Below are positions 42,065 through 55,460 of a DNA stretch of 64,000 bases, piece by piece. Each line of letters starts with the position of its first letter. Position 1 is the stretch's first letter. Source of the stretch: Octopus vulgaris (Eukaryota). Both the position numbers and the translations under genes were made by a program. The stretch lies in NCBI GenBank assembly GCA_951406725.2, contig OX597841.1:26970001-27034000 (forward strand), read 5' to 3'. Below the pieces are notes generated by a model. The model was not told where the DNA came from. It ran no database searches and saw only the letters and a program-made list of their open reading frames with translations.

Positions 42065-42715
42065 GACTACCACCACTACCATCACCACCACCACCTACAG
42101 TACCTACACCATCACCACTGCTACCATCATCACCACACTACCACCACCACTATAACCATCTCCATCTCCACATGCAACCACCACCACCAACAACAACAAT
42201 AGCAATAACAAGACCGTAACCAGCATAATCACCACAACCACTACTACTATCACCAGTGGCAGCACCACCATCACCACAACCACCACCATCACCATCACCA
42301 CACCACAACCATCACCACAACCACCACCATCACCACAACCACCACCATCACCATAACCACCACCATCACTACAACCACCACCACCACCACAACCACCACC
42401 ATCACCATCACCACCACCATCACCAACACCACCACCATCACCACCACCACCACCACCACCACCACCACCACCACCACCACAACCACCACCATCACCACAA
42501 CCACCACCACCACCACCACCACCATCACCACAACCACCACCACACCACCACCACAACCACCACCACAACAACCACCATCACCACAACCACCACCATCACC
42601 ACAACCACCACCATCACCAACACCACCACAACCATCACCACCACCAACACCACAACCACCACCACCACCACCACCACCACCACCACCACCACCACCCACC
42701 ACCACCACAACAACA
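42065..42715. repeat. (CAC)n low-complexity region
   Basis: Direct inspection. Confidence 0.9.
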
Positions 42716-43050
42716 GCAAGAGCGACTTGGTTGGTACAAAGAGCAAAAGGCGCCATTTTCAGCCAGCCAACATTTTGTTTTTTTCTCTCCAACTTTTCTT
42801 ATTATTTAAGTGTAATGAGCTGACTGTCTTACCATATGGCAACGGAGCCAAGTTTTCAGCAGAGGTGGTCGTGGGTGGGTGCGTAGGTGTCGTCGTCGTC
42901 GTCGTCGTCATCATCACCTTCGTTATTGTTATTGTGTAGTCTGTTATGTTCTTGTTGTTATTGCTGACCACACTTTGGCCAAAAACCTCATCGACTTTCT
43001 TTTTTTCATTTTATTTTCAATCAAGTTCCACGAAGGAAAGAAATAGCAAC

Positions 43051-43652
43051 GGTACACGAAACTCAGAAGAGGGCTGAGGTCCTTAAATATGCGTCCCACA
43101 GCCCTAACGGATGTGTTGAGATATTCTTGGATTCGTAAATTTCTAATCGAACCCCTAACAATGGATGAAAGGTACACGAAACTCAGAAGAGGGCTGAGAC
43201 CCTTAATTATGCGTCCCACAGCCCTAATGGATGTGTTGAGATATTCTTGGATTCGAAAATTTCTAATCGAATCCCTAACAATGGATGAAAGGTACACAAA
43301 ACTCAGAAGAGGGCTGAGACCCTTAAATATGTCTCCAACAGACCCTCTGGATGTGTTGAGATATTCTTGGATTCATAAATTTCTAATCGAACCCCTAACA
43401 ATGGATGAAAGGTACACGAAACTCAGAAGAGGGCTGAGGCCCTTAAATATGCGTCCCACAGCTCCACTGGATGTGTTGAGATACTCTTGGATTCGTAAAT
43501 TTCTGATTGAACCCCTAAAAATGGATGAAAGGTACACGAAAATTAGATGAGGGCTGATGCCCTTAAATATGCGTCCCACAGCCCTAATGGATGTGTTGGG
43601 ATATTCTTGGATTCGTAAGTTTGTAATCGAACCCCTAACAATGGATGAAGGG
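43051..43652. repeat. Minisatellite, 120-bp unit x5
   Basis: ggtacacgaaactcagaagagggctgag... at 43051, 43171, 43291, 43411 and 43531. Confidence 0.95.
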
Positions 43653-43742
43653 TGATATCCTCGGTTTATATTCGCAGTAAGATCGCCAGTGAAAGACAAG
43701 ACAAATTTAGCCAAGCATTCGGTATAATGTTGCAACAAATCT

Positions 43743-44212
43743 GCGTGACTTAGTGGTTAGGGTAATCCGCGTACGAACGTAAGGTCGTGAGTTCAATTCC
43801 TGGCGCCGCGTTGCGTCCTTGAGCAAGACACTTTATTTCACGTTGATCCGGTCCACTCAGCTGGATCAGGTCAACGGTTGCACCAGCCGGTCCAGGGTGA
43901 AGGTGCGTGGCTTAGTGGTTAGGGCAATCAGCGTACGATCGTAAGGTCATGAGTTCAATTCCTGGCGCCGCGTTGAGCAAGACACTTTATTTCACGTTGA
44001 TCCGGCCCACTCAGCTGGACCGGATCAACGGTTGCACCAGTAATTTCAAAGGGCCAGCTTTGTCACACTCTATGTCACGTTGAATCTCCTTGAGGACTAC
44101 GTTAATGGTATGTGTGTCAGCGGAGTACTCAGCCACTTGCATGATAATTTCACGAGCAGGCTGTTCCGTTGATAGGATCAACTGGAACCCTCGTCGTCGC
44201 AACCGACGGAGT
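43743..44212 (+). mobile_element. SINE family D (tRNA head duplicated; 3' body shared with family B)
   Basis: gcgtggcttagtggttaggg..gagttcaattcc heads at 43743 and 43904; tail ggaaccctcgtcgtcgcaaccgacggag. Confidence 0.8.
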
Positions 44213-44766
44213 ACCAGTTTTTATCGATCCAGTATGAATGAAAAGCAAACTCAAAAGGGAAGTGGCTAATCTATAACAGTGACCCCAGTACAAGACTGGT
44301 ACTAATTCCATGGACCCCGTAAAGATGAGAGGCAAAGTCGAGCATGGCGGAATTTGAACTCAGAATGTGCAATACGGACGAAATGCCGCTAAGCATTTTG
44401 TCCGATGTTCTAACGATTCTACCAGCTCATTGCCTACCCAAAGCAAATATCACAAGGCATTACATTCGGCGCTGCACCGATTATTTAAAAACCACTGTCA
44501 TATTTATTCTCCTTGTCCCGTCGCTACGTTCCAAGTTCAAATTCCGCCGAGGTCGACTTTGCCTTTTATCCTTTCGGGGTCGATAAATCAAGTACCAGTG
44601 AAACACTTCATTCGATGTAATCGACTAGTCCCATCCCCATAAGTTTCAGGCCATATTCTTGTCTCCTCCACCGAAATTGCTGGCCTTGTGCCAAAATTTG
44701 AAACCAGTACGCTGCCATCTTGAGTTACGTTAGAACAAGGTGTCGCTAAGTATAGTCAATATCGTG

Positions 44767-44797
<31 letters not shown>

Positions 44798-45433
44798 TTG
44801 AAGGGAAGCAGGAGGAAAAGGAGAAGAAGGAGGAGAAGAAGGAGAAGGAGAAGAAAAAGAAGTCGTTTGGATGGTCATGGTTGGAACATTGTTGAGTTTG
44901 GTAACGGGTCTTCTAGAACAGGGCAAATCTGAAAATAGCTATTAACATCATTTGCAACAATAACCACACCAACGAACCTCCTGGAGCATAGCAACCATCG
45001 AATCTCAAACAACCCCCCGCCGTAACCGCATCAACATCAACTCCACCATCACCACCACCAACACCACCACCATCGTCAAACACCGCCAGCGTGACCAACA
45101 CCACGAAAACCCCGACCGACAACAACTACAAATATAAACATCAAAGCACACACCAACAATACCAGCACCGCCGTCGCGAAGACAAAGACTACTACAGCCT
45201 TTACAAACGCCTCCATTACCCCTATTACTACCACCAGTACTAGCATGACAAAATACACCGCCGCCATTGTCGCCACGACCATCACCACTTTACCAATCCA
45301 GTCTTCAGCTTATCAACTCATTATAAAACATCGCTTCACTACTTGAAGTATTCTTGCTAGTCACGTCCATTTTCTCACGTGACGAGTAGGCACTGGCACA
45401 CACACACACACACACACGTATGCACGTGTTTAT

Positions 45434-45478
<45 letters not shown>

Positions 45479-46337
45479 CACTCACACACACACATATATA
45501 TATGTATATATACACATACATATCTACTTAAATACATAGAGACAGACACACACGTATATGTATATATATATAAAATATATATATATATATATATATATGC
45601 GTACACGTGTGTCTATTTATATAGATTAACACAAAGATCTCTCTCCCCCTCTCTCTGTATGTGTACACATATTTACACAGACCCCTCCCCCAAGCACACA
45701 CACAAAAGTACACAGACATATCTATGTATGTGTGTGTGTGTGTGTGTGTGTGTTCGCGCGCACGAACAAAGATATATATATATATATACACACCCATACA
45801 AAATACCAATAAAGTTCAAAAGATTAATGGAACCGAAGTTTTATTAAAACACGCACATACTCACACACAAACATACACATATGCTTATACGCCCAACACA
45901 TTTATACATACATTCACACGTACACACGAACGCACACGCTCACACACCCTATGCCTTCACAGTATTATGCAGAATCTTATTCTCCCATACCACTTCAACG
46001 TTAATACTCCTAGCAACATCCTGTATACTTTAATCATTATTAAACTTTTCTGTCACATATGTTTTTTAAATTTACAAATTTTATATATTTTTTGTTGCTT
46101 AGGTACTTATTCAGCGTACTTTTATGACTATCTATCTATCTATCTATCTGTCTGTCAGTCATTCTATATCTATCTGTCAGCCTGCCGTTCACTATCTATC
46201 TGTGTCTATCTATCTATCTGTGTCTATCTATCTATCCATCTATCTATCTGTTTTTCATCCTGCCGTTCTCTATCTATCTATCTATCTATCTCTGTCTTTC
46301 TATCTATCTATCTATCTATCTATTATTATTATTGTCA

Positions 46338-46786
46338 AGAGCTGGCAGAATCGTTAGCACGCCGGGCGAAATGCTTAGCGGTATTTCGTCTGGTGGTACA
46401 TTCTGAGTTCAAATTCCGCCGAGTTCAACTTTGCCTTTCATCCTTTCGGGGTCGATTAAATAAGTACCAGTTACGCACTGGGGTCGATGTAATCGACTTA
46501 ATACCTATGTCTGTCCTTGTTTGTCCCCTCTGTGTTTAGCCCCTTGTGGGTAATAAAGAAATAGGTATTTCGTCTGCTGGTACGTTCTGAGTTCAAATTC
46601 CGCCGAGGTCAACTTTGCCTTTCATCCTCTCGTGGTCGATTAGATAAGTACCAGTTACGCACTGGGTCGATATAATCGACTTAATCCGTTTGTCTGTCCT
46701 TGTTTGTCCTCTCTGTGTTTAGCCCCTTCTGGGTAGTAAAAAAATAGGTATTTCGCCCGTCTTTACGTTCTGAGTTCAAATTCCGT
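46338..46786 (+). mobile_element. SINE family C, head plus tandem bodies
   Basis: gagctggcagaatcgttagcacgccgggcgaaatg head followed by 2.5 units. Confidence 0.9.
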
Positions 46787-47332
46787 TGCTCACACGTGAC
46801 CCTCGTCTATCTTTCTTTTTCTCACTGATCATCTTTCTTTTCTTTCAGGACTGTCCTAAGGACTAGACGTACCTTATCTCTCTCTTTTATCTTTTCTCTT
46901 GTCAAAGAGAGTATTTCTCCAGCGTTCGCTATTTTACCCTCGTTCCGGTCCAACGACCCTTCATCATTGTTTTCATTCGGTTTCCTTGTACGTCTCCACT
47001 GCCTTGTTTTTGTTCCCAACTTTGACCCTACATAAGTACTAAATTTTATTTTAGTACTTATGGGAGCAACTGTCTTCGAAGACTCATATTATCGTTCACT
47101 GCTCGAAATGAGGAGTAGACAGGGTCGTTCTTTATGACGAAGGGTCGTTCTTTATGTTACTTGTCCTGTTTTCCATTTGTTTCTCTCGTTGTTTGCGTAT
47201 TAAACTCATTTGTTTTCGTATTTCATGTTGTTTACTGTTGATGACGTCATGTACCCATATATGCATATGAATATGTATTATTTATATATATATATATATA
47301 TATATATTATCTATATTGTATATATATATGTG

Positions 47333-47620
47333 TGGAGGCGCAATGGCCCAGTGGTAGGATCGCGGTTTCGATTCCCAGACCGGGCGTTGTGAGTGTTTAT
47401 TGAGGGAAAACACCTAAAGCTCCACGAGGCTCCAGCAGGGGTTGGTGGTGATCCCTACTGTACTCTTTCGCCCCAACTTTCTCTCACTCTTTCTTCTGTT
47501 GGCCTGCTCGCTTAGCCAGCGGGGTGGCGTCATTTGAAGGCTAAAACAATGCAAAGCGCATAGTGACCAGCGATGTGTAGCAACACTTCATAGCCTGGTC
47601 GCTCATGGTGATACGGTGAT
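47333..47620 (+). mobile_element. SINE family B variant with a different 3' tail
   Basis: Family B head with deletion; tail gcttagccagcggggtggcg differs from the 31611 copy. Confidence 0.75.
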
Positions 47621-47842
47621 ATATATATATATATATGAATATGTTGTTTTCACAGACATACACACATGCATATATATATATATATTTACGTACATACACA
47701 TACATGCATGTATATAAATAAAATTATCCGATCACAGTATTTTTTCCATGAGTTATCTTCCCCTTCTTTGCCACAATTGTTTTAATTCTTTCTTTCTTTT
47801 TTTTCCAACATTATTCCTACTTTTAACTCTCTTTACCAATAT

Positions 47843-48255
47843 GTGGTAAGTAGCTTGCTTACCAACCACATGGTTCCGGGTTCAGTCTCACTGCCTGGCA
47901 CCTTGGGCAAGTGTCTTCTGCTATAGCCTCGGGCCGACCAAAGCCTTGTGAGTGGATTTGGTAGACGGAAACTGAAAGAAGCCCGTCGTATATATATATA
48001 TTTATATATATATATATATATATAGGTATGTGCGTGTATGTTTGTGTGCCTGTGTTTGTCCCTCTAGCATTGCTTGACAACCGATGCTGGTGTGTTTATG
48101 TCCCCGCCACTTAGCGGTTCGGCAAAAGAGACCGATAGAATAAGTACTGGGCTTACAAAAAAGAATAAGTCCCGGGGTCGAGTTGCTCTATTAAAGGCGG
48201 TGCCCCAGCATGGCCGCAGTCAAAATGACTGAAACAAGTAAAAAGAGAAAAAGAG
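47843..48255 (+). mobile_element. SINE family A
   Basis: Full head-core-tail. Confidence 0.9.
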
Positions 48256-49189
48256 AGAGAAAGATAACACATTTCACATCAATTCTTTTTGTTCTTTTTT
48301 TTTTTAATTCTTTTAAAGACTAAAACCGTGACATCCCAACCCAAGTGGCGTGATCAAGGGACACAAAAAAAAATCAAGCAAATGAATAAGACTGAAACAA
48401 AATAGGGGACGAGAAGAATACGAAAAAATCCCGATTCTAGAATAAAAGCGCAAATTGGCAAAATGAGATGCGCCGCCGCCTATTCTAACATTTCGCTCTT
48501 TATCAATTTTTCTTATTTTTTCACCCTCCAATATGAAACCTTTTTCGCTCTCCTCCGGAATCCTCTCCCTTTTTTTCCCACACAAATCAGCTTCTCTCTT
48601 CTCCTCAGCCCTTCCTGCTTGCCTTCCTTCCTTCCTTTCTGCTTTTGTTCCTTTATCCCTTCTATCTCTCCTACACAAAACATTCCCTCTCCCCTTCTCC
48701 TTACTGCCTTTTACCTTTTATTCTCTCCCTATCACTCCTATATAAACCATCCTCTCTCTCTCTTCCTCCCCCTCCTCCTGCCTGCTTTTCTCTTTCACAC
48801 GCTACCCCTCCTATACAAACCATCCTCTCACTTCTACTCCTTCCTCCCCTCTCTCTCTCTCTCTTTCCAATACAAACCATCCTCTTTCTCCTCTCATTTC
48901 CCCTCTTTTGTTTACCTCTTTCTCTCTCTCTCTCTCACCCTATCCCCAAATCCCAACCAAAAAACTCCTTCGGTTCCTCTCCTCAACCCCTCCAATGGCA
49001 AGCATACTGGCTCCTAACTCTCCTTTCTTTTCACTTTCTCTCTGCTCTCACAATCCCTCTTCTATCAACCACGTCTCTTACATCCTCCTCCCCCACCACT
49101 TCTATGCTTACTACACCTCCTCTACCCTCCCCACCACCCTCCTCTCCCCTACCACCCTCCTCTCCCCTACCACCCTCCCTCCCTCACCA

Positions 49190-49662
49190 CCCTTCTCTTT
49201 GTCTTTCTATCTATCCTGTGCCACCCAACCTCACTCAACCCCCTCTATTATATCTCTCTCTCCCATCTCTCTCACGCCTTTCTCTCTCTCTCTCTCTCTC
49301 TTCTTTTGCTCTCTATTCCTCAGCACCTCCCTCTCCCCCTACCACCCTCCTTTTTGTCTTTCTATCCTATGCCACCCAACCTCACTCAAACCCCTCTATT
49401 ATATCTCTCTCTCTCCCATCTATCCTATACCAACCACTCTCCCCCTCTCTCCCTCACGCCTTTCTCTCTCTCTCTCTCTCTTTCTCTTCTTTTGCTCTCT
49501 ATTCCTCAGCACCTCCCTCTCCCCCTACCACCCTCCATCCCCCACCACCTTCCTCTTTGTCTTTCTATCTATGCCACCCAACCTCACTCAACCCCCTCTA
49601 TTATATCTCTCTCTCTCCCATCTCTCCTATACCAACCACTCTACCCCTCTCTCTCTCACACG

Positions 49663-49700
<38 letters not shown>

Positions 49701-49730
49701 TCCTTTTCTCTCTATTCCTCAGCACCTCAA
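49190..49730. repeat. Pyrimidine-rich tandem repeat, 3 units
   Basis: gccacccaacctcactcaa..ctctattatatctc recurs at about 49220, 49371 and 49573. Confidence 0.85.
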
Positions 49731-49948
49731 CTTTTATTTGTTTCTGCTTGACCACCATTGTTAACTAAAAACGTTTCGAGAGCTCCAGCAAAAAAAAATA
49801 GAAGACTTTGACTGAAGAGCGTTCAAGTACAGAAACCATGAATTAGACTTCGAAGGCATAAAAGAATGACAAAAAAAAAAAACGACAGTAGAAAAAAAAC
49901 GGGATAATGGAAAATGTGTTCATATATGTGGTTTCATGTGAGTGTGTG

Positions 49949-49982
<34 letters not shown>

Positions 49983-50221
49983 TGTATGTATGTATGTATG
50001 TGTGTGTGTATGTATGTATATGCATCTGTGGATATATATGTTTGTGCTCGTGTAAAATCGTACATTTAAAAGTGCGTATGTGTGTGTTTGTGTTTGTGTT
50101 GGTATGTGTATGTGTATGCGTATAAATATATACATGTGTGTATATTTACATGATTATACATATGCATTTTTTGCAAGTATACGTGTATGAGTATGTGTAT
50201 AGAAACACACACATATGTATG

Positions 50222-50257
<36 letters not shown>

Positions 50258-50282
50258 CACACGCATATAAAAATATATGTGA

Positions 50283-50321
<39 letters not shown>

Positions 50322-50469
50322 GGCATATACAAATATATGTGAATATATGTACATATATATGCGTATATATATTTACATATACATACGTATAGCATATAGC
50401 TGTGTATGCATATACATACCCATCATATATACACATACACATATATATATATATGTATCTATGTGGATG

Positions 50470-50518
<49 letters not shown>

Positions 50519-50538
50519 GTATCTATGTGGATGTATAT

Positions 50539-50600
<62 letters not shown>

Positions 50601-50745
50601 TCCTGTGTGCGTGTATATACATACACATTATATACATTTATATATATACCTATATGTATATACATATATATATATGCTTACATTTTATTGACTTCCACTG
50701 TACTTTGAGCATCTGCTCGAAGACACTAAATAGAAATTATAAGCG

Positions 50746-50776
<31 letters not shown>

Positions 50777-51935
50777 ACATACACATATATATACACACAC
50801 TGTACGTGAGTCTTTCACTTCAAGTTGTTTTTTACAATAAGTTACAACGGTGCTTTCACCGGCCTGAAGAGAAATGTTAATGTCTATACATGCATGTACA
50901 TACATACATATACATACATTCATAAATTTTTGTGTGTACGTGTCAGCACGCGTCTATGGATCTGTAATATATTGGAAAAAACCGATTAACTATGTTACAT
51001 GCAGGTATTAAACTAAACACCAATACGAAACGCTAGTCATTATGATTTCAAAGTTTCATGTGTTACATGCACAAACATCAGTGGAAAAACGAACAAAACA
51101 GTCTTATTATCGAGTATACGATCGAAATAGACTGTACTACGTTGTCGTGATAAGTTCGCAAGATATGCACTGACGTATGTTATTGATATACGCATGATAA
51201 TTCCACGAAAATGTTGATATAAGGAGATTTGTGTAAGGCCGGAAGAATGCGAGATGATATAATGTAAACGAAAGAAGGAAAAGAAAACGAAACGGAGGAG
51301 TAAGTAATCTTAATATTATATTTCTATATTTCGAGGGTTAGACCCCTTCCTCTGGACATATGAATAAGCGACGGAGTTGTTTAAGGCGGGAGGGAAGAAG
51401 GATGGGAGGAGGAAGATGACATGCGCAGACTGGAGTTACTAAGGTAACCAGTCAGTTTCATGTACTTCTTTTGTGTTATTTACTGCTGATTTCCTAAGGC
51501 CTCCATAATTTTTTGATTGCCCACACACATACACACTTATACGCACACACATACACGTGTATACATGTACATTATACATACATATGCATTTATACATACA
51601 TATATATGTGTGTGTGTGTGTATGTATATATAGTTGTCGCACTTCGTCACTTACGACGACGAGGGTTCCAGGTGATTCGTGAAATTAACGTGCAAGTGGC
51701 TGAGCAATCCACGTGTACCCTTAGCGTAGTTCTCGGTGAGATTCGGCTTGACAACCGACGGTGGTGTGTTTACGTCCCCGTAATTTAGCCGTTCGGCAAA
51801 AAGAGACCGATAGAATAAGTACTCGGCTTACAAAGTCCCGGAGACGATTTGTTCTACTAATAAGTGGTGCTCCAGCATAGCCGCAGTCAAATGACTGCAA
51901 CAAATACAGAAAGAATAAATATATATATATATATA

Positions 51936-52130
51936 CTGTTGTGTCAGGGATGAGTTATTCTCTTTTAGTGCCTTATAATTTAACACACTCACCGGTAAAA
52001 TTTCCACTTATTTATTTTTTATTTTTTCTAAAATTATAAGGCACCAAAAGAGAATGACTCTCTCTAGGCACAACAGAATATGCTTCAACACACGAACTCA
52101 CATAAAGAATCTTGCAAACCCAAATCCCAA

Positions 52131-52135
<5 letters not shown>
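51936..52135. mobile_element. Fold-back element in (TA)n (Penelope-like inverted terminus)
   Basis: 51936-51981 is the imperfect reverse complement of 52031-52076. Confidence 0.55.
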
Positions 52136-52176
<41 letters not shown>

Positions 52177-52179
<3 letters not shown>

Positions 52180-52845
52180 TTCCTGGCTATAAGTTCTTTT
52201 ACAGGTCTTAGAAAAACTGAAGGACCGCTGCAATAAGTTTGTGAATCTGAGAGGGGAATATCTATATATATAAAACTGTAGTTGTGTGAGTGTCTGTCCC
52301 CTTCGATTTAGATTCCTAACTACTCCCACATTTTGCGGTGCAGTTTAACCAAATTCGGGTATCTTATAGTCGTAATTCATATCGAGCCCGTCTGAGTATT
52401 AGCGCGCCTCTACGATGAGTCTACGATTTTAAAAATAATTTAACATCATTTTTTATTCCATTTTAATGCATAATTTTTCGTGTGTCGATGGCGGCGGAGT
52501 TGGCGTCCATGGTCACACCTGCACCTGTTTGCTTCTCCCCCTTCTTCCCTCCCTCGTGAAGCTGTGGGGAAGGGAGTGTAAGGAAATCAACGTCGTAAAG
52601 CGTTGTCAAGGAGACCAGCGTTCTTTTAGAACAACGACTTCATGGCTTGAAGACACCAAAACTGAAATGGCTATGAAAGCCCGAATTGGCATCTATAAGG
52701 GAAGTAACTCTCTAAAAATGCTTATATAGTTATTTCCCTTACAAACCCGAGCAACGCCGGGTGATACTGCTAGTGTTGAATAAAATCATAATAACTGATC
52801 ATCCTCTACCTTTTTTTTTTGCCCGAAACCATGAACTTTTCAGCA
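52177..52845 (+). mobile_element. Mariner-derived MITE copy 1 (interrupted by a Helitron)
   Basis: gaaggaccgctgcaataag..gaata | tgttgaataaaatcataa; homologous to 55236-55460. Confidence 0.8.
52261..52773 (+). mobile_element. Non-autonomous Helitron H1
   Basis: 5' TC, subterminal hairpin cccgagcaacgccggg, 3' CTAG, inserted between A and T with no TSD. Confidence 0.88.
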
Positions 52846-52916
<71 letters not shown>

Positions 52917-53002
52917 TATTTATATATATTGCAAAAGCTTTTACAGAGCTTCGAAATTATGAAGGACCGCTGCAATAAGTGTGTGAATCCTAGAGTGGAA
53001 TA

Positions 53003-54188
53003 TCTATATCTATATCTATATATAAAGCTGAAGTTGTCTGTGTGTGGCAGGTTTGGTAGCCTTCAACGAACACTATCTCCTTCGAGAACCTGCGGAGCAA
53101 GCTCACCAAAATACTGAGAGTATGATAGAAGAAGGCTTTTCTTCATTCCGTAGAAGAAAAAATTCAAATCGGACCATGTTAACACCAAAAATTATTTACA
53201 TCAAAAAGGTGCTTTTTTTTTCTATGAAAATCCCTATTTTTTACGATTTTTTGACTGCTGTGCCGCCATTTTTCGGTGTATTTCAACCAGAAAAATGTTC
53301 ACTTATAGAGAATAACAAGCTACATAATGCAAAATTTTTACTTTTCAAAAATTCCAATTCTAAAGAATCGAAACAAACCCGAGCAACGCCGGGCGATACT
53401 GCTAGTATATATATGAAGCTGAAGTTGTCTGTGTATGGCAGGTTTGGTAGCCTTCAACTAACACTATCTCCTCCGAAACCTTGCAGTGCAAGTTGACCAA
53501 AATTGAGAGTATGATAGAAGAAGGCTTGCTCTTCCTTCCGTAGAAGAAAAAATTCAAATCGGACCATGTTAACACCAAAAATTATTTACATCAAAAATGT
53601 GCTTTTTTTTCTATGAAAATCCGTACTTTTTACGATTTTTTTTACTGCTGTGTCGCCGTTTTTCGGTGTATTTCAACCAGAAAAATGTTCACTTAAAGAG
53701 AATAACAAGCTACATAATGCAAACTTTTTACTTTTCAAAAATTCCAATTCTAAAGGGTCGAAACAAACCCGAGCAACGCCGGGCGATACTGCTAGTATAT
53801 ATATATAAAGCTGAAGTTGTCTGTGTATGGCAGGTTTGGTAAGCCTTCAACTAACACTATCTCCTCCGAAACCTTGCAGTGCAAGTTGACCAAAATTGAG
53901 AGTATGATAGAAGAAGGCTTGCTCTTCATTCCGTAGAAGAAAAAATTCAAATCGGACCATGTTAACACCAAAAATTATTTACATCAAAAAGGTGCTTTTT
54001 TTTCTATGAAAATCCCTATTTTTTTACGATTTTTTGACTGCTGTGTCGCCGTTTTTCTGTGTATTTCAACCAGAAAAATGTTCACTTAAAGAGAATAACA
54101 AGCTAGATAATGCAAACTTTTTACTTTTCAAAAATTCCAATTCTAAAGGGTCGAAACAAACCCGAGCAACGCCGGGCGATACTGCTAG
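53003..54188 (+). mobile_element. Non-autonomous Helitron H2, head-to-tail trimer
   Basis: Three ~390-400 bp units ending gatactgCTAG at 53405, 53795 and 54188; inserted at A^T of a second mariner-MITE copy. Confidence 0.9.
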
Positions 54189-54297
54189 TGTTAAAATAAA
54201 ATCATAATTAACTGATCCTCCAGCATTTTCTTTTGCCATAAGGCTTTTAACTGTGTGTTCGTGTGTGTGTATGTGTATGTATATATATATATATATA

Positions 54298-54712
54298 GGC
54301 GCAGGAGTTGTTGTGTGGTAAGTAGCTTGCTAACCAACCACATGGTTCGGGTTCAGTCCCACTGCGTGGCATCTTGGGCAAGTGTCTTCTGCTATAGCCC
54401 CGGGCCGACCAATGCCTTGTGAGTGGATTTGGTAGACGGAAACTGAAAGAAGCCTGTCGTATATATGTGTATATATATATATATGTATGTGTGTGTTTGT
54501 GTGTCTGTGTTTGTTCCCCTAGCATTGCTTGACAACCGATGCTAGTGTGTTTACATCCCCGTCACTTAGCGGTTCGGCAAAAGAGACCGATAGAATAAGT
54601 ACTGGGCTTACAAAGAATAAGTCCCGGGGTCGATTTGCTCGACTAAAAGGTGGTGCTCCAGCATGGCCGCAGTCAAATGACTGAAACAAGTAAAAGAGTA
54701 AAGAGTAAAGAG
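54298..54712 (+). mobile_element. SINE family A
   Basis: Full head-core-tail. Confidence 0.9.
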
Positions 54713-54740
54713 TATATATATATATATATATATATATATA

Positions 54741-54957
54741 CTTTATTTAAAGCAGCAGAAAATTCAACAAAACCTGTTACTCTGAGTTTCCCGTTGCCGC
54801 TCATCGGACAGTTTAAGCTGTCCGATGAACGGCAACGGGAAACTCAGAGTAACAGGTTTTGTTGAATTTTCTGCTGCTTTAAATAAAGCATATTACTCTA
54901 CCACTGGTATTTGAGTACTCTTTTTTCCACCTTGTTTCACATTTATGTGTTTACTCC

Positions 54958-54960
<3 letters not shown>
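54741..54960. mobile_element. Family Y Penelope-like element with a 148-bp palindrome carrying two opposed hammerhead-like motifs
   Basis: 71-bp arms 54741-54811 and 54818-54888; ctgt-CCGATGA-acggcaacgg-GAAA-ctcagag-TA-acag at 54818-54855. Confidence 0.75.
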
Positions 54961-54989
<29 letters not shown>

Positions 54990-54993
<4 letters not shown>

Positions 54994-55210
54994 ATCCAAA
55001 CAAGAAAACACAGAAAAAAAGAGAAAAATGAGAAAAAAAACACAGCAACGCAGGACGTGGAACAATTAATGTATTATTGACGCTCAGGAAAGAAGGGAAG
55101 GAGAGTTTAACGTTTCGAGCGGAGCTCTTCGTCGGAAACAAGGAGAAGGAAAGATCCCAAGGAGGGAAGACAGAGGAGAAAATATTTGAGCTGGTAGTGC
55201 TCAAGAGATC
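54990..55210 (-). mobile_element. Family X element with hammerhead-like motif at 55105-55139
   Basis: Reverse complement gttt-CCGACGA-a-gag-ctccg-ctc-GAAA-cgtt-aaac. Confidence 0.65.
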
Positions 55211-55235
55211 ACATATATATATATATACACGTACA

Positions 55236-55460
55236 TACACGTGTGCTGAAAAGTTCCTGGTTTTAATAGTGTCTCGAAAAGACTAGTTGGAGGCCCAAAC
55301 GTCTGAGTTCTTTTGCAAGGCTTAGGAAAACTGAAGGACCGCTGCAATAAGTGTGTGAATCAGAGAGGGGAATATGTTGAATAAAATCATAATTAACTGA
55401 TCCTCCTTTATTTTTTTTTATTTTTACCCGAAACCAGGAAAATATCAGCACACCCTCGTA
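55236..55460 (+). mobile_element. Mariner-derived MITE, uninterrupted copy
   Basis: TIRs gtgtgctgaaaagttcctgg / ccagg..tcagcacaccctcgta; internal GLGKLKDRCNKCVNQRGEYVE* resembles the mariner transposase C-terminus. Confidence 0.8.

Noticed and set aside
43160-43200. Hammerhead in the 120-bp minisatellite (GGATGA...GAAA-ctc..gag)
   Set aside because: No U at the NUH position, no helix I or II, and the first box is wrong
50860-50885. CTGAAGA-GAAA motif (similar weak hits at about 49810, 51055 and 30625)
   Set aside because: Helices missing or unconvincing; likely chance
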